Positions 35,371 to 46,494 of a DNA stretch of 64,000 bases are shown in pieces (the first letter of the stretch is position 1; each line of letters begins with the position of its first letter). This stretch comes from Schizochytrium sp. TIO01 (taxonomy: Eukaryota; Protista; Bigyra: Labyrinthulomycetes), in contig SMSO01000033.1 of assembly GCA_004764695.1 (NCBI GenBank), forward strand, positions 186,001-250,000, read 5' to 3'. The translations under genes were made by a program, and so were the position numbers. Below the pieces are notes generated by a model that made no database searches, had not been told where the DNA came from, and was given only the letters and a program-made list of their open reading frames with translations.

Positions 35371-38305
35371 AACAGATACCCATCAATGTTTCCAGATGAC
35401 AAAATGAACTGATAGTCTGATTTTAGCAATATTCAATATTGATTTCTTTCCAGTTCTTTGAAAATGATTTGACCTAAATATATACAACATTTCTGAGTTC
35501 AATAAAATTATCGAAATTTCTTAATTAATGGTCAAAATCAGGCATCGATAAACAGTCTGTGTGCACTAGAACATATTAATTCTTCAATTATGTGATGAAG
35601 GTCCTGGAACATTCAGGAGTTGATAGGACTATACAAAAGGATTTGAAGTGCATATAGACAAAGCACAAAAGATAAAGATGCCAAAACCCGGACTAGATGG
35701 TTGAGAAAGCTTGAATTTCCACTACCTTCAACAAGCCTTCCAGCATCTTGCGATAATTTTCTATTCGATCTTAATACCACTTTCGCTTTCAGAAGTTAAA
35801 TGTTTCTAGTTTGATTTCTTTCTAGCTGATTAAATATTAGCATCTCGCCGGCACCGGCGTCTTTAAATCCTTGTAAGTCATTTCTTTAATATCAAAATTC
35901 ATTGGCCTTGTGCCTGCGCCAAATTTATACTAAATAATTTGTTTGCTAAAAGAATGAACTATGCCTGTTATTGGATTCTCGTTTCAAGCTTAGGTCTTAC
36001 TCGATGATTATGTATGCAGCATGAGGGTACTAATGATTGAGTTCTTTCCAATTTTTTAATGAAGAATGCATATATCACTTTCAGAGAGTTACTGAGATTC
36101 GGTATGGATTTACCGTTATTAGGAGATTTTTACCGACTTCTGTGCTATTAACTCTAGCGCGTATTATACTTGGGCTTTCGCAGCACGGTCATGATAGTGT
36201 CGCACTTTACCGCACTTTTGGAGGGACGTGACAAGAACATGACATACCCACTTCCAAAATTATCAATTTTCTTATCGTTCTATCCGAGTTAGTTCTAGAA
36301 AATATTGAGAAAGCCACAAGATCAACTCGATGAGTGGTAATGGATGAGCCACGCGAGCAAGTTTCCCAAGGCTATCCCGCATTGAATTCGTCCCCATCGA
36401 TGCCCCTGTTATCTTTTTTTGTCCCATTTTCTGCGCTGCCTTGTGCAACAACAAGCATAGCGCAGCGTCTTTGGTGGGACAGGGACTGTGTCCCAGACAT
36501 ACAGACTAAGCTCTTTTTCATCCCCTGGGCCATAGTCAAAGATCATGGTCCTAAGAATGAAAGCGCTGCGTTATCTCGTCTGGAGGCTAGTGCTTTTCTT
36601 CGGAACCCCGATCGGAGGGAACAGATTCTCACCTCACCGCCACATAAACTTTCCTAGCATTTGCTTGGTTTAGGCGCTATTGTCCTGACAATGCTTTTAG
36701 TTTAACCCTAGCTCTTAATTTCAGTCTGCACGCGACACCTGTGGTTGTTTAAGTGTCCATGCCTCCACTCACATGCAGGTATGCACTGCAGACCCAGGCT
36801 TTCTTCGGAAAATGGGTTCATGCAACGCATCACCTTGGAGGGAAGCATCATGTGTGGTACCTGCCATGCCTTCAACTTGACAAGTCCTCAACCGCGTCGC
36901 TCCGGCCCACTTGGCCCAATCGAGTCGCCGTCAAGCTTCAGCGTCTTGCGTACAGTCTGGCCTCCAAACCTCTCGTCCACGGAAGTGCGTTTTCGCTCTT
37001 TTCTTTCTAGGCCTGACCTGCGAGCACAGCACTTTTTCTTTTACTCCTTTCATATAATGACGGCTTCTTTTGAATGTCGATTTTTATTTTTTTTAATGAA
37101 ATAAAACAAAGTTATCGAAGAACCACGCTCACGAGGTTAGTCAGGGGTAATGAGTTGAAATCTTGTGGCCACTTGGGCAAACCTCACTCCCCAAACAATC
37201 AATCACTCGTCACGACGAAGAACCGAAGTACGGAAGTGGGTACACCACTCAGGTACCTTTCGAATCCAACTACTACGGCACTCACTCTCTCTCTCCACAC
37301 TGCCTTACAAAGGAAAGAGAGCTAAGAGGCATGCGCACAAAGAGCACTTAAAGGCACAAAGGGACAAAAACGGAAAACAGCGACGGCCCCCCACAGTGAC
37401 ACTTCCGGTATTGCTCCCTCTGATGTGTTTTGTTTTGCTCTTCTTTCCGCATAAGGGAAGAGAGCGTCGCAGTTTTTCGTGAGTTCTAATGTACGTGAGG
37501 CACTTGGGCTCCGACGAGCAGGCAGAGGACAGCACTTCAAGGGCTCATGTCCAAGGAGTCGGTTCGAGTGAACCCGTGGACAAGAGGCTTCCACGGACCT
37601 CTCGAAGGTTTCGCGCAGCTGCATACTCAGGGAGTTTATTGATATTCGATACGTGGGATTCGATGCAGGGCCACACTTGGTCCCAAATAAGGTGAAAATG
37701 GAGGATGAATGAGAAGCGAGAATAAAGTGGAACAACGAAGAGGAAACTACCTGCCGTTTGAAATTAAACACAAACAGAGGTGTCAGATGAGTGCCTAGGA
37801 CTGATTTTTTGGAAATGGGGAGAAGACGAAAACCAAAAATTATGTGGTCCGGTAAAATAATGTGGCGTTGGTGTGGCGTAAGACGTGAGATTGCAAGATT
37901 GCAAGTGTGGCACCAGGAAAGGGACTTTGAAATTGGACCAGGTCTCGGTCTCAAACCTCAGCGTGCCAGAAGCACACGCCATAGTTCTGGGTAATAAACA
38001 TGCTCCTCTAATTAGAAGTTGCCCATTGGCTCCTGAAATAGCTTGAGAAAATCTCCATTAAAGACTTGAACATGTGAAACCTCAATATGAATGTGCATGC
38101 CTTAACTGGCATCTGCGATGAACCAAACCCAAAACTCCAAAACCTGACTTAGAAGAGCTCGACACATACAAAAAGGTTAATCAAATCTGAAGAACTATTG
38201 TAAGCTTGCCCAAGTTCGTGAAAACACTTGCGTCTGTGACTCTCCAGGATAAGTAGATCTGAAAGTAAAATAATACCAAGATACCAAGGCTACGAGCCTG
38301 CCACC

Positions 38306-41300
38306 ATGATCCAAACCAAGGCAACGACACTTGCCTTGGCATTGCTTGCGGCTGTATCATACCTTCAGGAGCTCCCTGGCGCATCAGCCAGACTGTCTTC
38401 ATGCCAAGCAACCACTGATATGATTACCATGCCTGCTAGTGCATTTTGTGAAAGCAGCACTAGCGGATTAAGCACAAGTGCCAGCGAGTTGGGCGTGGGT
38501 GAAGCGTGCTGTGGTGACTTTGGCTCTGAAAGAACCGACCTTCGCCGTCGCTTCTTGCAGGCACTGGGAACAGAAGATCGATGCCGCAGCGTACAGCTGG
38601 ACAGTCCTTACTGCCCGGTTGACTCAGAATGCGTGGTCACAGAGACCAGCCTAACCTTACAGCTTAGCTTTGAAGCGGACGAAACACCATGTTGCTCGAC
38701 TTGTCAGTGTTGGGGCGACCCATTTTGCGTTGACTTCACTGGTGAACGTGACGAATGGGTCATATGCGACTCTCGCGATGGTAAAACATGCAACCAAAAG
38801 AAGAACCGCTGCAACAAGAAGACATTTGATCACAATGGAGATAGTTGCGAATGGGTCCGAACTTCAAAGACAGTTGGTGCATCGGGAGAAACATGGCGAA
38901 GCTGGGATATCGATGGAAGTCCATGCCAATCCACATCAATCTGGACTGGAGATACCAGTAAGCCGCTTCCAACAATGTTAATGTATTCTCGCGATGACTT
39001 TGCTGTTTACCTTGTTTTGGGTGAACGTGGAGTCATTACACATACCAAGATTGTGAGTGGCTCAACGAACTATTCTATCAATGCGCAGGAATGTCTCGAA
39101 AACCCGTCCGAGAGCGCATGGGTTATTGAAGGAGTATCTAGTACCCTGCCTGAATCGTGGACTGTGAACGAATTATCTGAGTACGAGGTCCAGTGGCGTA
39201 TCTCTGGCGACAATGATCACATTTTTACAAATGTATCTTGTATTCAGTTGGCTGAACGTGCTCGTCAAGACGTGACACTTATTGATACTCAGGATGTCAA
39301 TACTACATCAGGTAGTTTGAGTGGATATTGCCCAACAGGAGTCATTTCAGAGCGGGTGGCTGCAGAGGCAAAGGGACAAAAAAATACACTTGCTCGAACA
39401 CATAGTGACAAATGTATGGTACAGGAAATCGGAAATTGTGGTGCTGCTTGCAAGTCGTTCGTTACACAGGAGTGTCAGGTTGAGTACAATCTTGAACGTA
39501 ATGTGGAGTATTGGTGCTCGGCTGTTGATCTTGGCCTACTTTCTACCCCTCTAACTTCCGAAGAGTGCTTTGATATCATCATGACCCCTGCAGCTGGTGA
39601 AACATGTGATGCAGCAGCTTGGGCAGAGTTAATTTGTGACATTGACGCAGCTCTTGTTGGGACTAGTGGTTATTATGACAAATGTCTTACAACTATTGCA
39701 GAATTTGGGTTTTACCAATATTATGATGAGCGCCTGGCAGCTGACCTTCACCCGCGTTTACCAAGCGCACCATATGGAGCTATTTCGTGTGCTGCTTCTG
39801 TTGATGACTATGACATGCAGTCGTCAGAGTGTGAGCGGGGTGCTGCAGTTGAATATTACAGCACAGAGAACGAAGAATGGGTTCAGGCATTTTTCATCCC
39901 CGAAAATCGTCCCCCCTGCAACGGAGAGCTCGTAATTGAAGGAAGCGCATACCCAGAGCTTTTGCAAAACCCAGTTCGCGTGTCTCAATGTTCTATCATG
40001 AGCTCGAAGTGCCAGGTTGAGAACACTTGCCAGCCAGTGTCAGGTATGCAAGTGGACTTTGTCTTTGAAGCTTCAGCTGAAGCTTGCCCTGGAGGAGGAC
40101 CATCAGGCGCCCCCTCAGAATCCCCAACTTTGGCACCTAGTGCAGCCCCAACAGTCAGCCCAACAGGTGCGCCAACAATCAACACTGACTGCTATGTTTA
40201 CGGGAAGAGATACAAAGGCAAAGCATCCAAAAGCTTTACGAAGGTTGATTCGGCTGAAGAGTGCCAAGCTAAATGTGTTGCAGAGACAAACTTTGACTGC
40301 AAGATTTGGTCTTGGCGTCGCAACAATAAACAAAATTGCTTGCTTTGGAAAACCGACAGCCAACCATCTGTTTCAAATAGTGTTTGGGTTCTTGGATCCA
40401 AAGTCTGTTCACCAACCCAGGCACCAACTCAAGCGCCTACGCAATTGCCAACTCAGGCACCTACCCAATTGCCAACTAATACACCTACACAAATGCCAAC
40501 CCTAGTTCCGACTGAAGCGCCTACACAAGCACCGACTGGTGCACCAACACAGGCCCCGACTGGTGTACCAACTAATGCCCCAACACAAGCTCCAACTGAT
40601 GCACCAACACAATCACCAACTGACGCACCAACCCAGTCACCGACGCAAGCTCCCACAAATGCGCCTACGCAATCGCCAACTAATGCACCGACTGATGCAC
40701 CGACTGATGCACCGACTGATGCACCGACTGATGCACCAACTGATGCGCCTACGCAGGCTCCCACAAATGCACCTACGAAGTCGCCAACTGATGCACCAAC
40801 TGATGCACCAACTGATGCACCAACTGATGCACCAACTGATGCACCAACACAAGCACCAACACAAGCACCAACACAAGCACCGACTGAGGCACCAACACAA
40901 GCACCGACTGATTCACCGACACAATCGCCAACTCAAGCACCGACGGAAGCACCGACACAATCGCCAACTATCGCGCCTACAGACTCGCCTATTTCAAGCG
41001 AGGGGACTACAGATGCTCCCACGTCTACTCCTACAGACTCGCCTACAGAATGTACAGATTACACTCGCGGAAGGTACACGCCAAACCCTTATGACGTCAT
41101 CAAGGATGTGACTACATGGGAAGCGTGTGATGAAATTTGCGACAGCGAGTCAGAGTGCAACTACTGGTCCTATCACGGTGATCCTACTGAGAAAAATGAG
41201 AATGTAGGCTATACGTGCGAGCTCTACGATACTGTGAACAAACTCGTTGTAACAGGTAGCCAGAGTACGTGGATCTCAAGCTGCCCAGGTGAATTCACGT

Positions 41301-42793
41301 CAAGTCCTACGCAATCCCCAACTGATGCTCCTACACAGGCACCAACACAATCGCCAACTGAGGCACCGACTCAAGCACCAACTCAGTCGCCAACTGATGC
41401 TCCTACACAGGCACCAACACAATCGCCAACTGAGGCACCGACTCAAGCACCAACTCAGTCGCCAACTGATGCACCGACACAGGCACCAACTCAGTCGCCA
41501 ACTGATGCACCGACACAGGCACCAACTCAGTCGCCAACTGATGCACCGACACAGGCACCAACACAGGCACCAACTCAGTCGCCAACTGATGCACCGACAC
41601 AGGCACCTACACAGGCACCAACTCAGACCCCGACACAGGCACCAACACAATCGCCAACCCAGGCACCGACTCAAGCACCAACACAATCGCCAACTGAGGC
41701 ACCGACTCAAGCACCAACTCAGTCGCCAACTGATGCACCGACACAGGCACCTACACAGGCACCAACTCAGACCCCGACTCAGGCACCAACACAATCGCCA
41801 ACCCAGGCACCGACTCAAGCACCAACTGACGCACCAACTCAGTCGCCAACTGAGGCACCGACTCAAGCACCAACTCAGTCGCCAACTGATGCACCTACAC
41901 AGGCACCGACCCAGGCACCAACTCAGTCGCCAACTGATGCACCGACACAGGCACCAACACAATCGCCAACTCAGTCTCCAACTCAGGCACCAACACAATC
42001 GCCAACTGACGCACCAACTGACGCACCGACTCAAGCACCAACTGACGCACCAACTCAGTCGCCAACTGAGGCACCGACTCAAGCACCAACTCAGTCGCCA
42101 ACTGATGCACCTACACAGGCACCTACACAGGCACCAACTCAGTCGCCAACTGATGCTCCGACACAGACACCAACTCAGGCACCAACACAATCGCCAACTC
42201 AGTCTCCAACTCAGTCACCAACTCAGTCGCCAACTGATGCACCGACGCAGGCGCCAACTCAGGCACCAACTGATGCACCAACACAATCGCCAACTGATGC
42301 ACCGACACAGACACCAACTCAGTCGCCAACTCAGTCGCCTACTCAGACGCCGACTCAGGCACCAACTGATGCTCCTACACAGGCACCTACGCAGGCACCA
42401 ACTCAAGCACCAACACAATCGCCAACTGATGCCCCAATTTCGAACGAGGGAATTACGGATGCTCCTACAGCAGCCCCAGCTTCAAATGAAGAATTAACAG
42501 ATGCTCCCACGTCTACTCCTACAGACTCGCCTACAGAATGTACAGATTACACTCGCGGAAGGTACACGCCAAACCCTTATGACGTCATCAAGGATGTGAC
42601 TACATGGGAAGCGTGTGATGCCATTTGCGACAGCGAGTCCGAGTGCAACTACTGGTCCTATCACGGTGATCCTACTGAGAAAAATGAAAATGTAGGCTAT
42701 ACGTGCGAGCTCTACGATACTGTGAACAAACTCGTTGTAACAGGTAGCCAGAGTACGTGGATCTCAAGCTGTCCTGATTTTGATCTAGACTAA
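38306..42793 (+). CDS. Giant secreted mucin-like protein C: same Cys-rich head, 3 PAN/Apple-like domains, Gln/Ala/Asp-rich Pro-Thr repeats
   Basis: 1495 aa with a clear signal peptide (MIQTKATTLALALLAAVSYL) and WGDPFCVDFTG. PAN-like domains at ~40190-40408, ~41051-41284 and ~42539-42772. Confidence 0.9.
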   Translation: MIQTKATTLALALLAAVSYLQELPGASARLSSCQATTDMITMPASAFCESSTSGLSTSASELGVGEACCGDFGSERTDLRRRFLQALGTEDRCRSVQLDSPYCPVDSECVVTETSLTLQLSFEADETPCCSTCQCWGDPFCVDFTGERDEWVICDSRDGKTCNQKKNRCNKKTFDHNGDSCEWVRTSKTVGASGETWRSWDIDGSPCQSTSIWTGDTSKPLPTMLMYSRDDFAVYLVLGERGVITHTKIVSGSTNYSINAQECLENPSESAWVIEGVSSTLPESWTVNELSEYEVQWRISGDNDHIFTNVSCIQLAERARQDVTLIDTQDVNTTSGSLSGYCPTGVISERVAAEAKGQKNTLARTHSDKCMVQEIGNCGAACKSFVTQECQVEYNLERNVEYWCSAVDLGLLSTPLTSEECFDIIMTPAAGETCDAAAWAELICDIDAALVGTSGYYDKCLTTIAEFGFYQYYDERLAADLHPRLPSAPYGAISCAASVDDYDMQSSECERGAAVEYYSTENEEWVQAFFIPENRPPCNGELVIEGSAYPELLQNPVRVSQCSIMSSKCQVENTCQPVSGMQVDFVFEASAEACPGGGPSGAPSESPTLAPSAAPTVSPTGAPTINTDCYVYGKRYKGKASKSFTKVDSAEECQAKCVAETNFDCKIWSWRRNNKQNCLLWKTDSQPSVSNSVWVLGSKVCSPTQAPTQAPTQLPTQAPTQLPTNTPTQMPTLVPTEAPTQAPTGAPTQAPTGVPTNAPTQAPTDAPTQSPTDAPTQSPTQAPTNAPTQSPTNAPTDAPTDAPTDAPTDAPTDAPTQAPTNAPTKSPTDAPTDAPTDAPTDAPTDAPTQAPTQAPTQAPTEAPTQAPTDSPTQSPTQAPTEAPTQSPTIAPTDSPISSEGTTDAPTSTPTDSPTECTDYTRGRYTPNPYDVIKDVTTWEACDEICDSESECNYWSYHGDPTEKNENVGYTCELYDTVNKLVVTGSQSTWISSCPGEFTSSPTQSPTDAPTQAPTQSPTEAPTQAPTQSPTDAPTQAPTQSPTEAPTQAPTQSPTDAPTQAPTQSPTDAPTQAPTQSPTDAPTQAPTQAPTQSPTDAPTQAPTQAPTQTPTQAPTQSPTQAPTQAPTQSPTEAPTQAPTQSPTDAPTQAPTQAPTQTPTQAPTQSPTQAPTQAPTDAPTQSPTEAPTQAPTQSPTDAPTQAPTQAPTQSPTDAPTQAPTQSPTQSPTQAPTQSPTDAPTDAPTQAPTDAPTQSPTEAPTQAPTQSPTDAPTQAPTQAPTQSPTDAPTQTPTQAPTQSPTQSPTQSPTQSPTDAPTQAPTQAPTDAPTQSPTDAPTQTPTQSPTQSPTQTPTQAPTDAPTQAPTQAPTQAPTQSPTDAPISNEGITDAPTAAPASNEELTDAPTSTPTDSPTECTDYTRGRYTPNPYDVIKDVTTWEACDAICDSESECNYWSYHGDPTEKNENVGYTCELYDTVNKLVVTGSQSTWISSCPDFDLD
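40410..41048 (+). repeat. Coding tandem repeat (APTQ/APTD/SPTD)n
   Basis: 12-bp units such as GCACCAACTGAT and GCACCAACACAA. Confidence 0.95.
41300..42440 (+). repeat. Coding tandem repeat (SPTD-APTQ-APTQ)n
   Basis: 12- and 36-bp periodicity visible in the DNA. Confidence 0.95.
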
Positions 42794-42955
42794 ATTCTCT
42801 AATAAAACGTTATTCTAATTCACAGCTAGATATTACGGCATTTTGCAATCATGTTCGCCTTTGTCCTTGATATGCGGCATACATCAAGGATGGTCAAACC
42901 TTTAGTAGTGGGCTTGGAGATTTTCACCTTAACTTCCATTTACATTGGGCAATTT

Positions 42956-43984
42956 TCACAGATCCCAGCGGTCGGTTCCGACAAGCTGATCAAACCAGGG
43001 CGTAATTGAATAGTTGCACTTGAGTGTACGATGATGGACCTCATGGAACCACGAATTAAAGTCGTCGAGTTTCTGTGTCCATGTAGAAAGTGGTGCCAAC
43101 AATGGCATGGTCGGCATAGGCTTGCCAGCATGAGACTCAATTTCATGCCAGAATGCGTAGCAACCTAACAAAGCCAAATCGAAAGGTTCGATAGGTCCAA
43201 AAGCTGCTTCATAAGACATTTTGCCGATGAGAAAAGGGATATATGCTTCGGTAAGAAGGTCGTACCAGTCAAAGTGGTAATTTGTTGTAAGTTGGGTTGA
43301 GCTGTGCTCATGGTGCGTGCGATGACCCCAGGAATACACACGTTTGTTGTGTAAGATGTAGTGACCAGCCCAAAAGAAAGCATCAATAGAAACCCGCTGC
43401 CAAGCAAGACGAGCAAGAAAGCGTAAAGGGCGAAAAGGTTGACCAACAGAAGTGCTTGGTGCACGCCCGAGGCGGGCTACATCTCTATGATAAAGGGCGA
43501 CCTGACCAAGGCTCGTGATTATGTAGACAATAAAGTTACACTTCATGTAGTCTGTGAATACCTCCCAAGGTGTCTGTTTTACCCGCTTCTGCGAAAAAAA
43601 GGGCACATGGGAGTAGAGCTTGTTAATATAGAGCCAATTCATTGCCATCGCGCCGTCCACCATGATCATATTGGCAAGTGTGTATCTGATGAAGTTCTTC
43701 CAAAAGGGCCCCTTTGGTTTGAGTTCACCTAAGATTTTGTACTGGACTGTGACAAGTGACCAAACTGTAGCGTTGGTTAAAAACCAAGATGCTACAGGAT
43801 GATCTTGAAACTTCTCTGCCGATGGCGTTCGCTGCGATTTAGTTGCAGTTGCAATTTCCTTCAATCGTGAGGACTTCACTTGATCTGCACCAATGAAACC
43901 ATATGCCATGGTTGCAACCATAAGGAGAGTACCAAGCTTTTGTTCTGTAGTTCCCGTCATCGGGAATGTAGAAGGTTTCTCCAT
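42956..43984 (-). CDS. Fatty acid hydroxylase/sterol desaturase superfamily enzyme, paralog 3
   Basis: Likely ATG at 43984 (MEKPSTFPMTGTTEQKL), matching the TTEQKL start of the paralogs; the ORF-track extension to 44122 uses a non-ATG start. GHYILH, HRTHHEH, HEIESHAG, FHEVHH, NYSITPWFDQLVGTD. Confidence 0.9.
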   Translation of the reverse strand: MEKPSTFPMTGTTEQKLGTLLMVATMAYGFIGADQVKSSRLKEIATATKSQRTPSAEKFQDHPVASWFLTNATVWSLVTVQYKILGELKPKGPFWKNFIRYTLANMIMVDGAMAMNWLYINKLYSHVPFFSQKRVKQTPWEVFTDYMKCNFIVYIITSLGQVALYHRDVARLGRAPSTSVGQPFRPLRFLARLAWQRVSIDAFFWAGHYILHNKRVYSWGHRTHHEHSSTQLTTNYHFDWYDLLTEAYIPFLIGKMSYEAAFGPIEPFDLALLGCYAFWHEIESHAGKPMPTMPLLAPLSTWTQKLDDFNSWFHEVHHRTLKCNYSITPWFDQLVGTDRWDL

Positions 43985-45700
43985 TTTAACAATGTTTCTT
44001 CGTACTTTTTGTAAGTTCAGAGATACTCCCAGTGATCTTGTCCTGTGGAACAATGTTGTTAACTGCCTTAGTGAGATACGTTCTAAAGCTATGGATCCTC
44101 CTATGCTTAGGTCCTGAAACAAATTCTGCTTTCAAGAAAATCTGCAAGACCTCCTGTCGTTTCTCGTTGTACCTTTCCTAACTCAGAAACTGCGAGCGCC
44201 AACTTATGTAAGGTCGCAAAGTTTCTACGCAATCCAGCAGTACTTCCTGGGCTCAGAATCACAGCTTCGGAGATCGCTTTCCCAAGCGACGTCAGTTCTT
44301 CCTCACCAACCCAGGGCCTGGCTGCTCTCTTGTTTCCAAAGCCTGCCTCCGTCTATAGTCGAGTCCACCGCTATGCCTGCAATGTAGTTCTCAAAAGCAG
44401 CTCCACTCTTCAAGCAGCTCCACCAGGCGAACCTGCCGCCTCGACGTGACCGTGCCTCCACGAAAACGGGTTTGCTCTCCAGCAGCCTTCAATCAGTACA
44501 CCAAAGCCTTCTTGGACACAGGCAAGTTCCCTTCAAGTCAATCGAATTGAACATTGATTGTCATTGCAATCGCAATGTCATCAGGTACGCAAGGACCTAA
44601 GCCTAAGCACCTCCTAAGCCTGCTTAGTCGCTTTCGAGATTACCACACCACTTTGTGAATTTACATCAAAGACTTCACACATAACGCCTAAATCCGTTGC
44701 CAGCCGCCGCACCCACTCAGACCTTCGCTGCTAAGCTCTGCTGCAGTGGCCACGGATGCTTGCAACCTCGCGACGGCTGAGATTGGTCTGCTCCAGCATT
44801 GGCAGGGAGTGCTGCTCTTCTGCTCGGCGAGGAATCCTCAGGGGAAGAAGCCATGTAGAGTCGCTTTCATTTGGTAAGAGTGAAAGGAAGTGGAAGTGTC
44901 TCCCTTGGGACCATGATAGCAACTCCGTGGACGGAGTGCAATTTAGGGCTAAACTTGGCATCGATCAAATTCTGATGTTTGTCAAACTGAAGCGACTCAG
45001 GTTTATTGACGGGTTGTGCTGTATGGAGCAGCACAGAGAAAGCAATGGTGATTGGGGGGGACTCAATTTAACAAAGGTTGGGGCAAATTTGCATGGTCGT
45101 TTGTAAAGAAATGAGGAATAGAAAGCAAGGACTGGGAAAACCAAACCTCAAGTAAATCTCAAGTTTCGGGTCTGATGTTTAAGTGCAAGGACCTTGGAGG
45201 AAATCCTTACTCGTGGACCTGTTGCCTCCGCGTTATTCAACATAAAAGACACCTTCTTTTACGGGATCGAGGCAAATTAAAGAAATAGCCTGTGTCAAGA
45301 AATCCTTTTGCGATCTCACACCAGCACAGTAGAAAATTATAGTGCACTCTTAAATAGGTATGCATGTATTTATGATAATCTAGCACTCTATTCGGATGGT
45401 ATGGAGCATGCATGAATTACTGGCCGGAGGATATATAAGCATTGGCATCAGCTCCCTTCACTCCTCTGCGTTAATCATTTTAGTGGATTGGTACCCAGGT
45501 CCGGAGCACTCCTCTTTTAGAGGAAATTCTTAAAGGAATGAATCTGTCAATCAAACGCGCACTATTGTACTACTCAGAGTCTAGATTTGATATAAGACAC
45601 GATGATTCCTGAAATTATACCAGATCTAAAACCTTTGCCTCCTTCTTGGTTTCATGTACTCGAAGCGAGAAATTTGATGAAAAGCCTTGACATCTTCCAT

Positions 45701-45726
45701 TAGGTAGGTAGGTAGGTAGGTACCTA
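45701..45726. repeat. (TAGG)n tract ending in the palindrome TAGGTACCTA
   Basis: Same motif at 6928-6955 and 11026-11042; (GGTA)n without the palindrome at ~24730-24748. Confidence 0.85.
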
Positions 45727-46494
45727 GGCTAGCTACGAAAAACAACTTCATTATCGATCTCGACTCGCAACATATCTAGATAGGCAGCTCAAGAAAGCTC
45801 TTTAAAGTGCTCTTTCGCAATCCGCACGTACTTGAAAGCTCTCTTCTAGGTTCTTTGGAGCTGCATTTCTAAAGCGGTCGAGTAAGTACATCCGTAACAA
45901 CATACATAGCAAAAAGAGGACCAACTTTATTAGCCCACTTAACGACGGTTTGACTAACTCTTAAACCTTAAGAAGAATATCCTATAAGGCGCTAGTGATT
46001 ATACTTTCATAAAGTAGGATTGAATGAATACCATATGAATACAGTGCGTCAATCAAAACATCCAAAACACGAGAGGCTTTTCGCGTATCTGCGAAAGCGT
46101 CGTAGCCAGCCAGCCTGCTGGACCACAACTCGATACCTAGTCAGCGTTTAGTCATCCATCGCTGCGTGCAAGCAGTGGTCTATTGTTGATCAGCGTGTTG
46201 CTCGGTGGCTTTCTTCTGTCTTGATCGGCGCTAACCAGCGTCAGTTTTTCTCTTTTGCGGTTTTCCCAGTACAACTTAACTTCGCTGTCGTCTCGTTCAC
46301 CAACAACCTTTCCTCCAAGGCTTCTGACGTTTTACGCAAGCCTCGTCGCAGTTTGGTTCTGCTTCTGATAACCAAAATTTAAAGTTCAAGACGACCAGTC
46401 GTTCTTGGATTTGAGGTTTTCAGGTTCTCAGGGTTTCGTCTTTTTCTAGTAGCACTGTCTACATTTCGTCTTCACATTTGATAAGAATAGAATC

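Noticed and set aside
37322-37954. 210-aa minus-strand ORF upstream of gene C
   Set aside because: Non-ATG start, no homology cue, overlaps the probable promoter or UTR.
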